Shown here: positions 58,451 through 64,000 of the stretch, piece by piece
How the letters are laid out: each line of letters opens with the position of its first letter
Position numbering within the stretch: position 1 is the first letter of the stretch
Assembly: GCA_964016885.1 (NCBI GenBank)
Contig: OZ024744.1
Location: forward strand, 81,964,001-82,028,000
Source of the DNA: Eledone cirrhosa
Lineage: Eukaryota
Length of the DNA stretch: 64,000 bases
Direction: 5' to 3'
Translations under genes and position numbers: made by a program
Notes under the pieces: model-generated
What the model saw: only the letters and a program-made list of their open reading frames with translations
The model's database searches: none
What the model was told of the DNA's origin: nothing

Positions 58451-60224
58451 TTTCGGGATTTTCGTTTAGAGATAGCAATAGATGGTAGATTTTCTGAACC
58501 CGGTAATCCAGACAGGTCGTATGGAGAGAGACTATATTCAGATCACTCTTTTCTAGCCCCTTTGTAATTAAATCTCAGTTATCGATGTATGGTGACGCAA
58601 ATCTGTTAAAAGAAAAAAACAAAAAAAACCAAACAACGGAGTCTTCTATAGGCCTTCGAAAGAGATTTTGAATGAAGTCATGACAAATGTAGAATGTGTG
58701 CTCTATTAGCCAAAACAGAGCATGTGAAAATGTTTGTTTTGTTTTTAAGACGGAGGGCTAGGTAAAAGATAGATAAAATTGGCGCGCCATACCTATACCC
58801 ATAGTACATGTGGAGCAAATACGTGGGTCATGGCAAAATATATTGTTAGTGATTTTGACGTATAGCTTTTCACCACCTTTGTGGTATATGTGTGATCAGG
58901 TGGAGTATGTATGGAAATCTAGTTCTTGATAACTACTTCCCTCTGAATACCATAAAGCTATACCGAAGCTGTAGCTTACTGAAATTAGTGGTATAAATAG
59001 AAGACCCAGTTTTTACATGAATGGTAGTAAAGATTACTTGAGAGCCTTCTGTCCTGATAAAAAGGAATTGATTGACAAGATCCCAGACCTCATTCACTTA
59101 CTGGGTGGGATGGAACTCGTCAAATTGGACCAAGGAAACAATGTATCCATTGGTCTTTCTATTGCTAATACTATCTACCGGTCGCAACTCCTGGCAGAAA
59201 GAGCAATGCGGAATAAAGTCTCTTACTCAAGGAATAACGCATCACCCGGTCCGAGAATCGAACTCGCAATCTCACAATTGTGAATCTAATTCTCTAACCA
59301 CTAAGCGCCGACAAAGAAGGAAATAAAAAAAGGAGACAGACATCATCAGGGAGCAGCCAAAAGAACAGAATGATCCTAAGGCGAGGACGATGGCTCTTGC
59401 TATTGTTGTTTCTAGAGCAACACAGGCTGTGGTTCTGGGACCAAACTGTAATCGACGGAACAAAACAATCGGGGACAAAAAAAGAAAAGAAAAAAAAAGA
59501 ACACATTGTTCTCATTGTCATCTGTACTAAGGATCAATGACGACTAAATAGCCAAAGGGTTTCCACCTCAAGCAGAGGCTACCAGTCGTAGATCCACCCA
59601 AATAGTCTTGGGGAAGTGATAGAAACTGAAGAAAGGTGGTAAACTGGCGAACACTGAGAAAAGAAAGAGCATGATGGTGTTGGTGGTTGGTGGAGTGAGC
59701 CCTGTAATGAGGCGAGTTACATGTAGTAATTGCTTCACAGAGTGTCGCTTATCTCGTGGAATGTCGGGGCTTCATCATTGGACTTTCTATCGAGAAGTGC
59801 AAATCTGCTGGGAGATGAAAGATGAGAGAACATAAAGAAGACAAAAATGGGACATTGTTGGTAAAAACAGCGCAACAAGTCAATCTACAGCCAACGAATG
59901 ACTCTTTACAGAATTTAAAGGCTTCATGGCTCACTTAATGATGATATTCAAGTGAAGTCCATTTAGAAGACCTATTTAATAGAATGTGATAGGAATGTAA
60001 GGTGGTTAGAGTTATGGTAGTGGTGGTAGTGGAGGAAACGGTTCAATCCTGCTAAGTTTTCTATTTTTTTTTGTTAGATCTGGGCAGTGTCTCTGGTCTT
60101 CACAAGCCCCAGAATAAATAAAATTAAGGTTGCTTCAATTTGTTTTTGTTTAGTGCACCAGATTTTTAATATCTGGAACTGTGTTACGTTTCTGTTCCGC
60201 CCACATTTATTACATACACGTACA

Positions 60225-60570
<346 letters not shown>

Positions 60571-60709
60571 TATATACACATACACGTATATACATATACA
60601 TATTTGTATATCCCCCATATGTTCGGTAAAACCTTTTTTAATGGCACGTTGTATATTGTATGTAAGCGCTCTTGTGGACAATATGGAAAAATCAGTATCA
60701 TAATTATTA

Positions 60710-61775
60710 TTGGCAGTATCGGTAGAGGATCGGACGCCATGCTTTGCAGCATAGTGTTACAGCCCTTTATGATCTGAGTTCAAATCCCGTCGAGGTTAAC
60801 TTTGCCTTTCATCCTTACGGGGTCGATAAAATAAAGTACCAGTAATGAACTGGGTAATTGCTGGCCTTGTGCCAAAAGTAGAAACAATTATTCGGGTCGT
60901 GGATTGGCAGTATCGGTAGAGGGTCGGATACCATGCTTTGTAGCATAGAGTTATGGCCATTTACGGTCTGAGTTCAAATTCCGTCGAGATTAATTTTCCT
61001 TTTCATCCTTACGGGGTCGATAAAATAAAGTACCAGTTAAGCACTGGGATAATTGCTGGCCTTGTGCCTAAATCAGAAACCATTATTACATCCATTATTA
61101 TTTTTATTGCGCATCATCAATGCTTTATTGAGCACAGCTCTGTGCACCTTGGGTATGAGCAGTGTAGTTCTTGCTGATGTTGTTTCTATTGTATTGATAG
61201 TACTTTTCCTAATATGTGTGCAGTACCTAGTCGTGCACATCACATCTCCATACCACATGCTGTATATATTTGTAAGTCCAAGGGTTTGGGCTATGTATTT
61301 GTCTGTGTTTTTTTTTATCATTTCTACAGCACCTATTATTATAGGTATTGTTTCTGTTTTCATTTTCCACATTCAACATGCATTGCAGCATAAAATTATA
61401 GCCCATTGCGGTCTGAGTTTAAATCCAGTCGAGGTTAACTTTGCCTTTCACTCTTACGGAGTCGATAAAATAAAGTACCAGTAATGCATTGCAGACGATT
61501 TAATCGACTTTCTCCTCTCCCCAAATTACTGGCCTTGTGCCTATAGTAGAAACTATTTAACAATTTAACAATTTAACGGTGGATTGGCAGTATCGGTAGA
61601 GGGTCGGACGCCGTGCTTTCCAGCATAGTTACGTCCCTTTACGATCTGAGTTCAAATCCTGCCGTGGTTGACTTTGCCTTTCATCCTTACGGGGTCGATA
61701 AAATAAAAGTACCAGTAATGCACTGAGTAATTGCTGGCCTTGTGCTTAAAGTAGAAACAATTATTATTATTATCA
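60710..61775 (+). mobile_element. Cluster of four co-oriented tRNA-derived SINEs, interrupted at about 61140-61380 by a minus-strand RLE-LINE 3' fragment
   Basis: A/B boxes and core repeated; minus strand MWKMKTETIPIIIGAV resembles R4-type C-termini. Confidence 0.85.
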
Positions 61776-62033
61776 TTATTAAATTTATTATCATTATTAT
61801 TCCTGTATTTAAATAATGATGATTGTGTACTTTGATTTGTTGCTTTTCTTGTTGTTATCAACTTGTTATTGACTTTTTGTTATTTCCATTCCATTTCTTT
61901 GTTGTTGTTAAAGCAACGTTTTACCACTTTTTATAATGAAGGGAGTCATAATTTCTGGAACACCTTTCCATTGGATTTCGATTAAAAATGAAACATTTTC
62001 ATCTATATATTGGTATATTAGAAAAAGTATTAG

Positions 62034-62077
<44 letters not shown>

Positions 62078-62081
62078 CTAA

Positions 62082-62185
<104 letters not shown>

Positions 62186-62330
62186 CTAATACTATATATA
62201 TAACTAATGTATTTTGATCATGCTTTATTTTAATTTTTATTTTTAATTTCATTCGCACCGTTTCCTTTCTCTATATGTCTGTCTCTCCACCACTCCCCTA
62301 CACACCCTTTGAAGTCTGTTCCCACACACT

Positions 62331-62366
62331 TCTCACCTGAGGAAGGGCTTATGCCCGAAACGTCGT
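62331..62366 (+). ncRNA. Hammerhead-like core in a PLE-type 3' end; stem I partner not evident
   Basis: CTGAGGA-aGGGC ttat GCCC-GAAACGTC upstream of AATAAA and (TA)n. Confidence 0.4.
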
Positions 62367-62454
62367 TCCCCACCACCAGCCCACTCTCGAGAGCGTGAAA
62401 TTAATAAACATTCGTTGTACTGCCTCTCTGTTTTGTTCCTGTTCAAATTTTTCC

Positions 62455-62510
<56 letters not shown>

Positions 62511-62566
62511 AGAAAAAAAGCGAATCAGTGTTGCGACGAATAGAATTTATTGGACATATTTATTGG

Positions 62567-62645
62567 ACATATTACAATCGTTTCGAGGCACGATCGATGT
62601 GATGATCGAACCTGACTCTGAAAATCGCAAGGTCCTCAGATACGT
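62567..62645 (-). ncRNA. Hammerhead-like motif with long stem II insert
   Basis: ACGTAT-CTGAGGA-(about 48 nt)-GAAA-CGATT-GTA-ATATGT on the minus strand, next to (TA)n. Confidence 0.5.
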
Positions 62646-62744
62646 CTTGATTCTACGAAGCAGATTTTCCTATCAAGAGTGCTCAAACTGCCTACCGCAT
62701 ACCGACGCTTTAAGCATCCAACACCAATTATATATATATATACG

Positions 62745-62822
<78 letters not shown>

Positions 62823-63063
62823 CGTATATATATATATATATATATTCACAGGCATACATACACATACGTACATATATATATATATATGTTTATATATTTG
62901 TCACATTTGCACCTTTATTCGACTTCACATATACACATAAACGCCCACAAATAGCCCCGTATATATACACACACACACATAAACACACACATATGTATGT
63001 ATATATATATATATATACTTTAATCTGTTATATTAATAAATATAAATATATATATATATATAT

Positions 63064-63253
63064 AAATGTATGACCCCCGACGGCAGAGTTCATTCCGTTT
63101 CGACGGCTATTTCTGGAGCTGAAATAGCCGTCGAAACGGCTTGAGCTCCGCCGTCGGGGTCATACATTTTCCTATTATCCACTCTACTACTCTAAGTATT
63201 GAGTACTCTGGTGCGTTATGGTCCATCTGGTTCCTTACCACAACTGCTTCGTT
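63064..63253. mobile_element. Inverted-pLTR mini-element of the 8011-8310 family, in (TA)n
   Basis: About 50-bp fold-back of the hammerhead 3' half plus the shared TATTGAGTACTCTGGTGCG tail. Confidence 0.75.
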
Positions 63254-63589
63254 ATATATATATATTAAAGAGTTAAACAACATTCAATGAGTACATCAAA
63301 GAATGAGTTTTACATTATATATATATATGTATATATATATAGACATATATATAGACTATAGACGTATATAATACCCGTATATGTCTTCATATATAAATAC
63401 ATGCAGACACACACACGAGCGTATATACGAGTATGTATGTATGTATGTATGTATGTATGTATGTATGTATGTATGTATGTATGTATGTATGTATGTATGT
63501 ATGTATATATGTATGTATGTATGTATGTATGTGTGTATGTGTGTATGTATGTAAGTATGTAAGTAAGTAAGTAAGTATGTATGTATGTA

Positions 63590-64000
63590 TGGAGAGATGA
63601 CCCCTTAGCCTTTGTCAAGGCAGAATTCTAGGAGAAGGAAAACTCTGATATAACACCTGCAACCCTGATGGTATCCAATGATGTTGACTTGTTCTTCTTT
63701 TTGGTAAATATCATCTTGGTTAAGAGAGTGGGACTGGCTTTGTGCAGTGCCTTTGCTCACTATAAAAGCTTCACGGCACAGGCATTGCTTTATATCTGGA
63801 GATCTCTCTGCACTTGTCGTCACATGGTACCATGGGCCCAGCACTATGTGTCAGTAATTGTCACAAGTGTAGTGTTTGTACCAGAGTTTTCAAGTCGCTG
63901 GCTGGACTAAAAAGTCACACTCGTTCAGCGCATCGGTAGGGGTTCTCCTACATGGATATAAAGTAGTGGCCGTACTCGAAAACGAGTTGGCAGCCACCAT
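63590..64000 (+). mobile_element. RTE-derived bipartite short element (5' UTR-like block + ORF2 3' end)
   Basis: CTAGGAGAAGGAAAACTCTGA, then CSVCTRVFKSLAGLKSHTR (compare GLKSHIR at 54556) and the GGCAGCCACCAT end. Confidence 0.65.

Overview
AT-rich eukaryotic (not prokaryotic) DNA made almost entirely of microsatellites and retroelements. The SINE and repeat content suggests a coleoid cephalopod, probably an octopus; this is an inference. No host gene is confidently visible, only one weak candidate terminal exon. The window holds several Penelope-like elements (PLEs, RT + GIY-YIG), R4/Dong-type RLE LINEs sitting in (TACA)n tracts, Tx1/L1 and RTE remnants, tRNA-derived SINEs, RTE-derived short elements, one hAT MITE and many fold-back duplications. 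Main results: (1) a near-intact (TA)n-inserted Naiad-type PLE whose coiled-coil ORF1 meets the RT-GIY-YIG ORF at an HIV-like U_UUU_UUA -1 frameshift signal with a downstream stem-loop; (2) about 20 minimal type I hammerhead motifs read by eye, with four separate families carrying the compensatory U3-A8 core and three carrying U10.1-U11.1; (3) retrozyme-like tandem units of 310, 318 and 591 nt, the first two sharing architecture but carrying different ribozymes. All structures were folded by eye and element boundaries are approximate.
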